Shown here in pieces: positions 44,276 through 52,725 of a stretch of 64,000 nt of DNA. The notes beneath the pieces were generated by a model, which saw only the letters and a program-made list of their open reading frames with translations, made no database searches and was not told the DNA's origin. How positions within the stretch are numbered: the first letter of the stretch is position 1; each line of letters opens with the position of its first letter. This stretch comes from an uncultured Bacteroidales bacterium. GTDB lineage: Bacteria; Bacteroidota; Bacteroidia; Bacteroidales; P3. Position numbers and translations under genes: made by a program. The stretch spans positions 33,944-97,943 of the forward strand of contig CAMOOR010000002.1 of the NCBI GenBank assembly GCA_946621635.1, given 5' to 3'.

Positions 44276-45082
44276 CTCGCCCACGTAGACCGACCGCGAC
44301 GCCCGACCCCGATAGTCCACCGCAAAGAGCCACAACTCCACAGCCTTGTCCTGCCAACAAGGGGGCAGGCTAAGGTCCACCCGACCCTTCTTGCGCCACA
44401 CGCTTCCGCTCATCGTAGCCTCGCCCAGCTCCGGGCAGTAGGCCGCCAGGTACACCTCGTCCTCGCCGCTGGCCGCCTCGCCCTCGGCGCTCGGACGGAA
44501 TGAGACCGTCAACTCATTGCCGCCCGACCCCGCCTGTAGGGACGCGGCATGCCGCATCTCCCTGTCGGCATCGCCATCCAATCCCCTCCGTAGAGACGCA
44601 GCGTGCTGCGTCTCCCTGTCTGCAACGGTATTCTCCGGAGACGCGGCATGCCGCGTCTCTACAGGTGGGGCAACGTTCATCGTTGCGTGCGGAGACGCAG
44701 CACGCTGCGTCTCTACAACGGGGTCGGCCACCGGCACCACCGGGCCGTCGGCCACCAGCACCTGCTCCCAGTCGGCCTGCAGCACTCCCTCCCCGTCCAG
44801 CCAGAAACACTGTTTGTTGCGTTTCACAAAGAGGTTGCCCTCCGTCAGGTGCATCTCCAAGGCCAGCGCCCGTAGGCCCATGCGCAGCAGCCCCTTCAGC
44901 CTCCCGGCCTCGCGCACCACACACTTGAACACCTCGCGGTTCACCTGCTGCGCCTCCGTCCGCGGATTGCGCACCATGCGCGGCCGCGCCCTCAGACACC
45001 ACTTGCCGCGCCACTCATACCCGATGACCGTGCCCACCGTACCCTGATAGGCATCATTGATTCCATAACGTTGTTTTGCCAT
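43574..45082 (-). CDS. DUF6266-like protein, paralog 2. The homologous part is ~44270-45082; with no stop codon there, the frame runs 702 nt antisense through rlmN
   Basis: The N-terminal ~270 aa align with the 8000-8776 product, including the C-terminal SVYVGEL versus SIFIGTI. After that the translation is just the antisense of rlmN. The first in-frame stop is at 43574. Confidence 0.5.
   Translation of the reverse strand: MAKQRYGINDAYQGTVGTVIGYEWRGKWCLRARPRMVRNPRTEAQQVNREVFKCVVREAGRLKGLLRMGLRALALEMHLTEGNLFVKRNKQCFWLDGEGVLQADWEQVLVADGPVVPVADPVVETQRAASPHATMNVAPPVETRHAASPENTVADRETQHAASLRRGLDGDADREMRHAASLQAGSGGNELTVSFRPSAEGEAASGEDEVYLAAYCPELGEATMSGSVWRKKGRVDLSLPPCWQDKAVELWLFAVDYRGRASRSVYVGELSSLAAGEESAGGVDVLATRGAEGADNAVAVQEVLEGADGAGRGGLVGGAGRGVEADEVDAAVESPQGLGEACGVGQVVVEAAEHGVLEREAPLAAPVVLSQQGEDLIEGEGLLHGHDGQALLRHGVVEADGEVALALLDEVLQAGDDAHGGDGDALGAPAQAPVGGEDAADGQDGVEVVHGLAHAHEDNVGELLELGDGEELVENVARRQRAVESLLPGDAEAAAHLAAHLA
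44534..44719. repeat. Four REP-like palindromic units (GAGACGCRGC-NN-GCYGCGTCTC core) in frame inside the DUF6266 paralog
   Basis: The units lie at ~44534-44566, 44589-44620, 44634-44664 and 44689-44719. Units 1 and 2 are inverted relative to 3 and 4. They translate as ETQRAASP / ETRHAASP / ETQHAASL / EMRHAASL. Confidence 0.85.
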
Positions 45083-45140
45083 AAAACTATATATTTTAAT
45101 AGGTTAATAAAATCGATTTCATACAGCGAATTCTTTTTTT

Positions 45141-45270
45141 AACGGCGAATTTCTTCGAATTTTTCGAATGCTACGCAGGCCAATGTTTGGCGAATAGGCT
45201 GCCGCACCTGACCAGCGGCAGCCAATTCTCTTGTAATTAACCTGCGTAGCATTCGAAAATATTCGCCGTT
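45141..45270. repeat. Long nested inverted repeat (MITE-like or structured-RNA-like) in the AT-rich spacer
   Basis: The outer arms are aacggcgaat (45141-45150) and attcgccgtt (45261-45270). The 19-bp arms are ttttcgaatgctacgcagg (45161-45179) and cctgcgtagcattcgaaaa (45241-45259). The inner hairpin is ggctgccgc-N9-gcggcagcc (45197-45223). Confidence 0.75.
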
Positions 45271-45409
45271 TAAACCAGAATCTTATCGCCGCTAAAAAAA
45301 ACTCGTCGAAAAAAAACGTATATATATAAAATAAGGCCTTTTTAGCGGAAACGAAAAATTTAACACTTTTTTAACACATCTCCCCCACCCAATCATCCCC
45401 CTCCCAACA

Positions 45410-45467
45410 CCTACGATGGTAGGAGTTGGTAAGGAGTTGGTAAGGCGATGGTAGGGACTTGGTAAGG
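45410..45467 (+). repeat. Palindrome plus 11-bp GGTAAGG array element, copy D
   Basis: cctacgatggtagg is followed by agttggtaagg agttggtaagg cgatggtaggg acttggtaagg. The left flank is a degenerate complementary arm. Confidence 0.85.
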
Positions 45468-45517
45468 CCGTCAGGCGTTGAGGGCCTGACGGTTAGGCCG
45501 CTGCGGGGCGGCGGGCG

Positions 45518-46231
45518 TCAGCAGTTGAGGCGGAGACGGCGGGCCAGAAGGATGAGGAGCCAGCCCAGGGAGGCACCGAGGAAGTTGGCTATGAGGTCGT
45601 TGACGTCGAATCCGCGGTAGGGCAGGAGGTATTGCACCCCCTCGGTGAACAGGCCGGTGGCCACGGCGGCGAGCCAGGTGCACCAGCTGCGGCGGCGTCC
45701 GCGGAAGAGGTCCATCCAGAACAGCGAGCAGGGGATGAACACCGAGGCGTGGAGCAGGTGGTCCATGCGGAGGCCGAGGAGGTAGTTGTCCAGCGGAATG
45801 CCCACGCCGTTGAGGGGCGCCCACATGAGGACGGCCAGACAGCCGAAATACCACGGGCGCAGCTGCCGACGCCCTTTGGCGCCGAGCCAGCGCACGGCCA
45901 GGTGCTTGAGGAGGTGTTTCTTCTCCACTTTCGCGAGGAGGCCCACGATGTCCTGCCGCGAGGCATGCTCGCAGGAGGCGCAGTTGTCGCCGCGCAGGGT
46001 GTAGCGTCCGCCGTCGACGGCCACCACGCGGTGCAGCAGGGTGCGGCCCTGGAAGTGGAAGAGCACTACGTCGCCCACTGCAGGGTCGGCCTCGAGGGGC
46101 ACGAGGGTCAGCATGTCGCCGCCGATGAGGGTGGGCTGCATGCTGGTGCCCTTGAGCACGATGCGCACGGGCTTGCCTTGCTGCAGGCTTTCTTCGACAA
46201 GACTGAAATACAACTCGTTGCTTATCGTCAT
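45518..46231 (-). CDS. S24/S26-type peptidase domain fused to a VanZ-like membrane domain
   Basis: The N-terminal half has KGTSMQPTLIGGDMLTL...GDVVLF (signal-peptidase/LexA-type Ser protease). The C-terminal half is hydrophobic with HASVFIP...GFDVNDLIANFLG (VanZ-like). Its ATG overlaps the upstream stop as ATGA. Confidence 0.65.
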   Translation of the reverse strand: MTISNELYFSLVEESLQQGKPVRIVLKGTSMQPTLIGGDMLTLVPLEADPAVGDVVLFHFQGRTLLHRVVAVDGGRYTLRGDNCASCEHASRQDIVGLLAKVEKKHLLKHLAVRWLGAKGRRQLRPWYFGCLAVLMWAPLNGVGIPLDNYLLGLRMDHLLHASVFIPCSLFWMDLFRGRRRSWCTWLAAVATGLFTEGVQYLLPYRGFDVNDLIANFLGASLGWLLILLARRLRLNC

Positions 46232-47079
46232 GGCATCAGAGTGTCGTGGCTGAGGTGTGCGGCGTCGGCATTGGGCAGGCAGCCCATGCGGTAGGCGGGC
46301 ACGTGCTGCAGCACGTTGGAAATGAACTGCACAAGGAGGTCCATGCAGCGTTCGTCCCTGGCCAGTGAGGGCGGGCACGAGGGCTGCAGGGCCGCGAAGG
46401 CTTCGACGGAGCCCAGGCGGCGGATGGTGTTCGCCGGCCGCTGCTCGAGGCGCAGCAGTCCGGCAATGGGGTATTGCTCGGGGTGGTAGCAGTGGGTTTT
46501 GCCGCTCCAGGGTGAGCCGTAGACGAGCACCTTTCCGTCAGCGAAGCGCACGATGGGGCTGTCGTCGTTGAGCAGGTGGGTGCCGGGGATGTGCTGCAGC
46601 CAGAGACGTGTGTGGGTGCTCTTGCCGGTGCCGCTTTCGCCGAGGCACATCACGGCGCGGCCGTCGCACACCACCACCGACGAGTGCACGGGCACCGCCC
46701 CCAGGGGCAGGCCGGCCATGGCCACGGCGCTCCACAGGGCGAAGCGCAGCACCGACAGGTCGGACATGGGGCTGAGGTCGACACGGCGCGGCTGGCGGGG
46801 GTCGTAGCGCAGCAAACCATGACGGCCGAAGGCATAGTAGTAGGTGCCTTCGGCGTCGACGCCGAAGCGTGTCTGGACGGCGCCGTCGGCAATGTCGAAC
46901 TGGTGCAGCAGGCGGCAGCGAGGGAGGCTGAGGGGTTGGTCGAGGGCGAAGAGAAGGTCGTCGCCGCCGTCGGCGACGCGGAACTCCGCGATGCCAGGCA
47001 GGGCCATGGCACACCGCAGCGTGCTGGCGCCCTGGAGGCGGATGCCCAGGCCTGCTATTTCCAGCCGGAGGTCTGCCAT
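46228..47079 (-). CDS. HprK-related kinase (HPr kinase C-terminal-like P-loop domain)
   Basis: VHSSVVVCDGRAVMCLGESGTGKSTHTRLW resembles the HprK/P-type P-loop core. Confidence 0.65.
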   Translation of the reverse strand: MADLRLEIAGLGIRLQGASTLRCAMALPGIAEFRVADGGDDLLFALDQPLSLPRCRLLHQFDIADGAVQTRFGVDAEGTYYYAFGRHGLLRYDPRQPRRVDLSPMSDLSVLRFALWSAVAMAGLPLGAVPVHSSVVVCDGRAVMCLGESGTGKSTHTRLWLQHIPGTHLLNDDSPIVRFADGKVLVYGSPWSGKTHCYHPEQYPIAGLLRLEQRPANTIRRLGSVEAFAALQPSCPPSLARDERCMDLLVQFISNVLQHVPAYRMGCLPNADAAHLSHDTLMP

Positions 47080-47080
47080 A

Positions 47081-47350
47081 TTACACCAGAAGGTTGTTTT
47101 TCCGCATGTCGGCCAGGAGGGCCTCGGCGTCGCGGCGGGCCACGTCGGGAGTGACGTCGTACTCGTCGGTCAGCACGCGCACGGCATCCTCCAGCTCGAA
47201 GTCGCGGCCGGAGAGGGCGTTGTAGAGTAGCAGGGCGCTGTCGTTGAGGGCGATGACGCGTGTCATGTCGGTCTGGACGGCACCGGGCATCACCACGATG
47301 TGCTCGCTGACCATGTCGCGGATTTTGATGTTGGGGTTTATTCTCATCAT
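47081..47350 (-). CDS. PqqD-family protein (RiPP recognition element-like chaperone)
   Basis: 89 aa. SEHIVVMPG...VIALNDSALLLYNALSG...FELEDAVRVLTDEYDV...DAEALLADMRKNNLL matches the PqqD/RRE pattern. Confidence 0.7.
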   Translation of the reverse strand: MMRINPNIKIRDMVSEHIVVMPGAVQTDMTRVIALNDSALLLYNALSGRDFELEDAVRVLTDEYDVTPDVARRDAEALLADMRKNNLLV

Positions 47351-47360
47351 TATAGCGGTA

Positions 47361-47957
47361 TTACTTGATAGTCTCGAGGGCGGCACGGACGCTCTTGGCC
47401 ACAGCCGTGGAGGTGAAGGTGGCGCCGCTGACGGCGTCGACCTCTTTTTTGAGGGCCTTCTTGACGGTGAGGCCGTTCCAGTTCTTGTAGAATCCGGTTT
47501 CTTCCACACGGCGGAGGTAGCCGGGGGTCTCCTGGTTCTGGAGCAGGTAGACGCCGAGGATGACCTTTTTGGTGCTGAGGGCGATCATGACGGGGGTTTC
47601 GCCGGCGTAGCCCTTGATGCCGTCGGAGGCGGGCTTGGAATAGAGGGCGTAGCCGAGGAGGTTCTTGCTGGCGTCATAGACCTCGGTCATTTTCTTGCCT
47701 TTCTGCACGCTCTTCACGGTGGGGAAGGCCTTGACGATGGCCATGTCGATGCCGTCAGCGTTGACTTGGGGCTGCTGGGCCTGGGCCTGCTGGCCGTGGT
47801 GTTTGCCGTGGTTGGGGCAGTTGCCGCAGCCGTGACCGTGGTCGTGGCGGGGCTGGTGCTGCTCGGTGCGGGGGGCGTCTTTCTTGACGGGTTGCTGGGC
47901 CGATGCGCTGCCGGCCGCGAAGAGGGCCACAATGGCCAAAGCGATGATTTTCTTCAT
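47361..47957 (-). CDS. Secreted FMN-binding-domain protein with a His/Cys-rich N-terminal stretch
   Basis: A signal peptide is followed by HQPRHDHGHGCGNCPNHGKHHG. The C-terminal DAVSGATFTS is the FMN_bind flavinylation-type motif. The reverse complement of 47991-47998 is TATATTTG (-7 box). Confidence 0.7.
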   Translation of the reverse strand: MKKIIALAIVALFAAGSASAQQPVKKDAPRTEQHQPRHDHGHGCGNCPNHGKHHGQQAQAQQPQVNADGIDMAIVKAFPTVKSVQKGKKMTEVYDASKNLLGYALYSKPASDGIKGYAGETPVMIALSTKKVILGVYLLQNQETPGYLRRVEETGFYKNWNGLTVKKALKKEVDAVSGATFTSTAVAKSVRAALETIK

Positions 47958-48038
47958 TGTAGGTTTGTTGTTATTACTGGTTTGAAAGTGCAAATATACA
48001 AAATATTTTTAATTACGGCCCCGCGGGCACTCAATGGG

Positions 48039-49193
48039 TCAGTAGCCCAGCCACTCGTCCACGCGACGATTGTGGTAGAAGCGGTGCTCCGTGATGTTGG
48101 CTCCGCCGGGGAGGGCGCAGGAGTCGAGACGCGCGCGGGTGTTGGCGCTGAAGCGCTGCAGGGCCTGGAGCAGGTCGCCGGAAATCTGGTAGCTGTCGGG
48201 GTGCTCGACGGCATCGGTGGAGGGGACAATGTAGTACTGGTAGAGGCCGTCGTAGGTGCCGCGGTGGACCCAATAGGGCATGTAGCGGCAGGCGGTGACG
48301 CGGGTGTCGAAGAAGGTTTTCTGCAGGTCGAGTTCGATCATGATGCCGCCGTCGCAGTTGACGTCGCGCTGGTTGCTGACGAGGTTACCCATGGAGTAGA
48401 CCACGATTTCGGGGTAATGGTTGTTGCCGAGGACAGCGTCGAGGGTGAAGTTCTGCACCACATGGGGGTGGCCGCCGATGACGGCGTCGCAGCCGTGGTT
48501 CAGCAGCCAGCGGGCGGTCTGCTCTTGCTCGGCGTTGGCCTTGAGGGCGTACTCGATGCCCCAGTGGATGAGGGTGATGACGAAGTCGACGCCCTTGTCG
48601 CGGGCAAGGCGGAGGTCGCGGGCCATCTGGACGGTGTCGATGAAATTGACGACGTTGGGCTGCTGCACCTCGATGCCGTTGGTGCCGTAGGTGTAGCAGA
48701 GGAGGGCCAGGCGGACGCCGTTGCGCTCGACGATGAGGGGGTGTTCGCGGTCGCGCTGCTGGCGGTCGCGGTAGGTGCCGAGGTGGGGGATGCCGAGGGT
48801 GTCGAGCACGCGGAGAGTGCGCTCCAGTCCAGCACGGCCGCGGTCGAGGCAGTGGTTGTTGGCGGTGGTCATGACGTCGAAGCCCGCCTGCTGTGCGGCC
48901 TCGGCTAGCTGGCGCGGCGAGGAGAACTGGGGGTAGCCTGTGTAGGGAGGCCCGGCGAGGGTTACCTCGAGGTTGAGGATGGCCAGGTCGGCACTCTTGA
49001 TGTAGTCCTCGACGAAGCGGAAACAGGGCGTATAGTCGTAGCTGCTGTCGGCGGTGCGGGCGGCCTTGTGCTGCGGGCCGTGGCCCATGAGGTCGCCGGC
49101 GAAGATGATTTTCAGGCTTTGCCCCTGCGCCACAATGCCGGACGAAAGGCTGAGCAGGAGCAGCAGGACCAGGGCCTTGTGGATGATACGCAT
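48039..49193 (-). CDS. CapA-family (PGA_cap metallophosphatase-like) protein
   Basis: FAGDLMGH..., TTANNHCLDRG and HWGIEY are typical CapA motifs. Confidence 0.85.
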   Translation of the reverse strand: MRIIHKALVLLLLLSLSSGIVAQGQSLKIIFAGDLMGHGPQHKAARTADSSYDYTPCFRFVEDYIKSADLAILNLEVTLAGPPYTGYPQFSSPRQLAEAAQQAGFDVMTTANNHCLDRGRAGLERTLRVLDTLGIPHLGTYRDRQQRDREHPLIVERNGVRLALLCYTYGTNGIEVQQPNVVNFIDTVQMARDLRLARDKGVDFVITLIHWGIEYALKANAEQEQTARWLLNHGCDAVIGGHPHVVQNFTLDAVLGNNHYPEIVVYSMGNLVSNQRDVNCDGGIMIELDLQKTFFDTRVTACRYMPYWVHRGTYDGLYQYYIVPSTDAVEHPDSYQISGDLLQALQRFSANTRARLDSCALPGGANITEHRFYHNRRVDEWLGY

Positions 49194-49196
49194 GGC

Positions 49197-49958
49197 TTAG
49201 AGCTGTTGCACGGGGAAGGTGAAGTAGGTGTCGGGGAAGGGCTCGTCGCGAAGGGTGAAGTGCCACCACTCGCTGTCGAGGGCCTTGAAACCGTGGCTGA
49301 GCATGGCGCGGCGGAGAATCATACGGTTGGCGAACTGCTCGGCGGTGATGCTGCGGCCGGTGGGGCTGGCGCTGTTGTCGCCGGTGTATTCGCCCGTCTC
49401 AGGGTTGCCGCAGAAGTCGGGATGGCTCTCGGGGCCGAACCAGTCGAAGGTGCCGCCCATGTCAACCTCCTTCTCGGTAGCCATGTCGAAGAGGGTCAGG
49501 TCGACGGTCGAGCCACGGGTGTGACCACTCTTCTCCATGATGTACTCCTGTTCGAAGAGGACGCTCTTGTCGAGGTCGGGGTAGAAATAGGGTTTCATGG
49601 CGGTGTCGGCCAGGTCGGCAGCCCAGCGGACGAAGTGGTCGACGGCACGCTGGGGACGGTAGGCGTCGTAGATTTTGAGGCGGTAGCCCTGGGCCATGAG
49701 GTCGTCGTTGACGGCGCGAAGGCTGTCGGCAGCCTGGCGGGTGAGCAGGGCGGTGGGCTGGAGGTAGCCGTCGATGCGGGCGCCGACGAAGTTGTAGGTG
49801 CCGAAGTAGCGGATTTCGAGGATGGCGTCGGGAACAGCGTCGGTGAGGGTGACGAAGGACTTGCTGTCGTCGGTAGGACTGAGGGTTTTATTCTCATCCT
49901 TCGAGCAGCAAGAGAAGAATGTGAACGTAACGGCCAAAAGCACTAGGATCTTTTTCAT
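49197..49958 (-). CDS. D-alanyl-D-alanine dipeptidase (M15D, VanX/DdpX-like) lipoprotein
   Basis: YDAYRPQRAV, SGHTRGSTVDLTL and EWWHFTL are VanX-family zinc and active-site motifs. The reverse complement of 49992-49999 is TATTTTTG (-7 box). Confidence 0.85.
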   Translation of the reverse strand: MKKILVLLAVTFTFFSCCSKDENKTLSPTDDSKSFVTLTDAVPDAILEIRYFGTYNFVGARIDGYLQPTALLTRQAADSLRAVNDDLMAQGYRLKIYDAYRPQRAVDHFVRWAADLADTAMKPYFYPDLDKSVLFEQEYIMEKSGHTRGSTVDLTLFDMATEKEVDMGGTFDWFGPESHPDFCGNPETGEYTGDNSASPTGRSITAEQFANRMILRRAMLSHGFKALDSEWWHFTLRDEPFPDTYFTFPVQQL

Positions 49959-50091
49959 ATCTGTCTATCTTTTTATTAAGGAAACAAATTGCAAAAATAC
50001 GTATTTTTTACGACATGGCAAAAAAATAATAAAATAGGGTCGCGGAAGGCGCAACACAATGCCCTCCGCGACCCTGGCAAAAGAGGATGGT

Positions 50092-51543
50092 TCAGTCGTT
50101 CTCCATCATCTGGTAGAGACGCACGGAGCCGTCGATTTCCTTTTCCTTGGCCTCGTTGCCGTACTTGTCCACATCGAAGACATTCTTCGGGGACCGCGTG
50201 ATGCTCAGTGGGCCGCCGACGCAGCCGCCGTCGCAGGCCATGCCCTCGAAGAAGTTGGCCGTGGCCTTCTTGGCGCGCAGCAGCATGAGGTGCTGGCGGC
50301 ACTGGTCTATGCCGTTCATGGACACGGGCTTCACGCCGGTGACGCCCATCGTTTCGGCCACATGGGCCACGCCCTGGGCCACGCCGCCGCTCTTGGCGAA
50401 GATGCGGCCGTAGTAGGAGGCGTTGTCGAGGGTGGAGTCTTCGCACTGGGTGGTGTCGATGCCGCGGGCGTCGACGAAAGCCTGCAGTTCCTCGAAGCTC
50501 ATCACGCTGTCGATCATGCCGTGGGTCTTCTCGAGCGTATACTCGAACTTCTTGGCGGCACAGGGGCCGATGAAGACCACGCGGGCCGTGGGATCGGAGT
50601 GCTTGATGAGGCGCGCGGCCATCACCATGGGCGATACCGAGGAGGAGATGGCGTCCTTCAGTTCGGGGAAGTTGTTCTCCACGAAACGCACGAAGGCAGG
50701 GCAGCAGGAGGTGGTCATGACGGGATTGTCGCTCTCGGCGGCTTTCTCCTTGAACTCGCGGGCCTCGTTGTAGAGCGTGATGTCGGCGCCGATGGCAGCC
50801 TCGACGACCTGATGGAAACCCAGTTTCTTGATGGCGGTGACCACCTGGGTAATGCGGCCGAAACGGCACTGGCTGACGATGGCCGGGGCTATGACGGCGT
50901 AGACACGGTAGCGCGTGTTGTTCTCGGATTCCTTGAGCATCTTGATGATGTCGAGCACAAGGCTTTTGTCGCTGATGGCGCCGAAGGGACAGCTCACCAC
51001 GCAGGCACCGCAGGAGATGCACTTCGAGTTGTCGATTTCGGCCTTGTCCTCGTCGTTGATACTGATGGCCTTCACCTTGCAGCTCTTGATGCAGGGGCGT
51101 TTCTGGGCGATGATGGCGCTATAGGGACAGGCCTGGGCGCACTTGCCACACTCGATGCACTTGGACTTGTCGATGGTGCAGCGGTGGTTGACGATGGTGA
51201 TGGCACCCTTGGGGCACACCTCCTTGCAGGAGTGCATCAGGCAGCCACGACATACGTCTGTGACCATCATGCCGCCGGCGGGGCACTCGTCGCAGGCCTC
51301 GTAGAGCACCTCGATGACGTTGGGGTTCTCCTTGTTGCCTCCCATGGCCATGTGGACACGGTCCATGAGCACGGCACGTTCCTTGTGTATGCAGCAGCGG
51401 GTTTCGGCCTTGGGGCCAGGGGCGATGGTGCGCGGAATGGAGTAGACATTCTCCAGGCCACCTTCGTAGGCACGGCGGATGACCTCGCGCAGCACTCGGT
51501 ATTTAATCCATTGTACGTTGGTATCGAAAACTTTCTGTTCCAT
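50092..51543 (-). CDS. [FeFe]-hydrogenase catalytic subunit (complete H-cluster motifs; group-B-like N-terminus with ferredoxin clusters)
   Basis: H-cluster motifs L1 TSCCPAF, L2 GPCAAKK and L3 EGMACDGGCVGGP, plus two CxxCxxCxxxCP ferredoxin motifs. Confidence 0.88.
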   Translation of the reverse strand: MEQKVFDTNVQWIKYRVLREVIRRAYEGGLENVYSIPRTIAPGPKAETRCCIHKERAVLMDRVHMAMGGNKENPNVIEVLYEACDECPAGGMMVTDVCRGCLMHSCKEVCPKGAITIVNHRCTIDKSKCIECGKCAQACPYSAIIAQKRPCIKSCKVKAISINDEDKAEIDNSKCISCGACVVSCPFGAISDKSLVLDIIKMLKESENNTRYRVYAVIAPAIVSQCRFGRITQVVTAIKKLGFHQVVEAAIGADITLYNEAREFKEKAAESDNPVMTTSCCPAFVRFVENNFPELKDAISSSVSPMVMAARLIKHSDPTARVVFIGPCAAKKFEYTLEKTHGMIDSVMSFEELQAFVDARGIDTTQCEDSTLDNASYYGRIFAKSGGVAQGVAHVAETMGVTGVKPVSMNGIDQCRQHLMLLRAKKATANFFEGMACDGGCVGGPLSITRSPKNVFDVDKYGNEAKEKEIDGSVRLYQMMEND

Positions 51544-51549
51544 TGTTCA

Positions 51550-52713
51550 TTAATCGTAGTTCACAGTTACATCCTTGCCCATGCGGCGAAGGTTGTCGGC
51601 CAGACGTTCGACAAGCTTGAGTTTCATGGTGATGTCGATGTCCAGGCCCTGATGGGCGGCATTGACGTTCTGGCCGACGAAGAAGACCACATGGGTGGCC
51701 TCTTCGAAGATGATGTTGGCCAGCAGCGAGCCGCCGTCCTTTTTGGAGTATGTTTTTGGGGTGAGGTCCTTGACGGAGACATACTTCTCCGAGAGAGCCA
51801 GCAGTCGGCGCAGGGTGATGACGCCCTCGGTAACGAGGTCGATGCCGTCGATAAAGCCGATGGGCGGCACCTCGCGGTCGGGGAAGTCGAAGCTGGTCTT
51901 CAGCTGGTGCCCCATGCAACGGGCCACCACCTGGCTGGTGGTGCCGCCGCAGACGATGCGCTTGTCGGCACCGTCGAGGAAGCGTTTGACATACACCTCG
52001 TCCTTCTCCTTGTCCACCGGCGGGCCGACCATGATGTGCACCTCCATGCGCGGACGCACACGGATGGCAGCCACGGTGGTGTCGTCGCCCGGACGGTCGA
52101 GGTAGAGGTCGTTGCAGGCCGACGCCAGCAGACAGGCGGCAGCGCGGGCCGACATGTGGGCGTCGATGTTGGTGTCGAGGTGCTCCATAATCTCCTTGCG
52201 CTGCCATCCGAAGTTGAGTATCTGGCCGATGCCTGCATGGATGGTGCCGTCGCTCATGACGAAGACCATGTCGCCCGACTCCAGTTCCAGCGGCGTGTGG
52301 AACACCTGCTTGCCGCAGATGTTCATCTCCTCGCGGGGAAAGTCGCAGGTGTGGCCGCGATGGTACCAGATGGCCTCGGGGTTGTCGAATTCGAAGAGGT
52401 GTCCCCTACCCTGGTTGTCCACGTGGATGACCGAGAAGGTGCTGTAGGCCACGCCGCGCTCCTTGCAGACCGGAAGGGTCTGGATGATGGTCTCGACGCA
52501 GTCCTCCATGTCGGCGCCTCCGGCAACCATGGTGCAGAGAATCTTGCTCGTCAGGGTGGAGAGGATGTTGGCTTTGACGCCACTGCCCAGGCCGTCGGCC
52601 AGCACCACGGTGGTCCAGCCGTCGGCCACGCTCATCTCCACGTTGTCGCCGCAGAGTTCCTCGCCATAGTGGTTCAGCGAGGTGTATCCGTATTCAATGC
52701 ATAGTTCTTTCAT
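51550..52713 (-). CDS. SpoIIE/PP2C-family serine phosphatase with an uncharacterised C-terminal domain
   Basis: ELCGDNVE...VVLADGLGSGVKANILS...MSDG matches the PP2C/SpoIIE pattern. Confidence 0.8.
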   Translation of the reverse strand: MKELCIEYGYTSLNHYGEELCGDNVEMSVADGWTTVVLADGLGSGVKANILSTLTSKILCTMVAGGADMEDCVETIIQTLPVCKERGVAYSTFSVIHVDNQGRGHLFEFDNPEAIWYHRGHTCDFPREEMNICGKQVFHTPLELESGDMVFVMSDGTIHAGIGQILNFGWQRKEIMEHLDTNIDAHMSARAAACLLASACNDLYLDRPGDDTTVAAIRVRPRMEVHIMVGPPVDKEKDEVYVKRFLDGADKRIVCGGTTSQVVARCMGHQLKTSFDFPDREVPPIGFIDGIDLVTEGVITLRRLLALSEKYVSVKDLTPKTYSKKDGGSLLANIIFEEATHVVFFVGQNVNAAHQGLDIDITMKLKLVERLADNLRRMGKDVTVNYD

Positions 52714-52725
52714 TGCTCAATCCCC

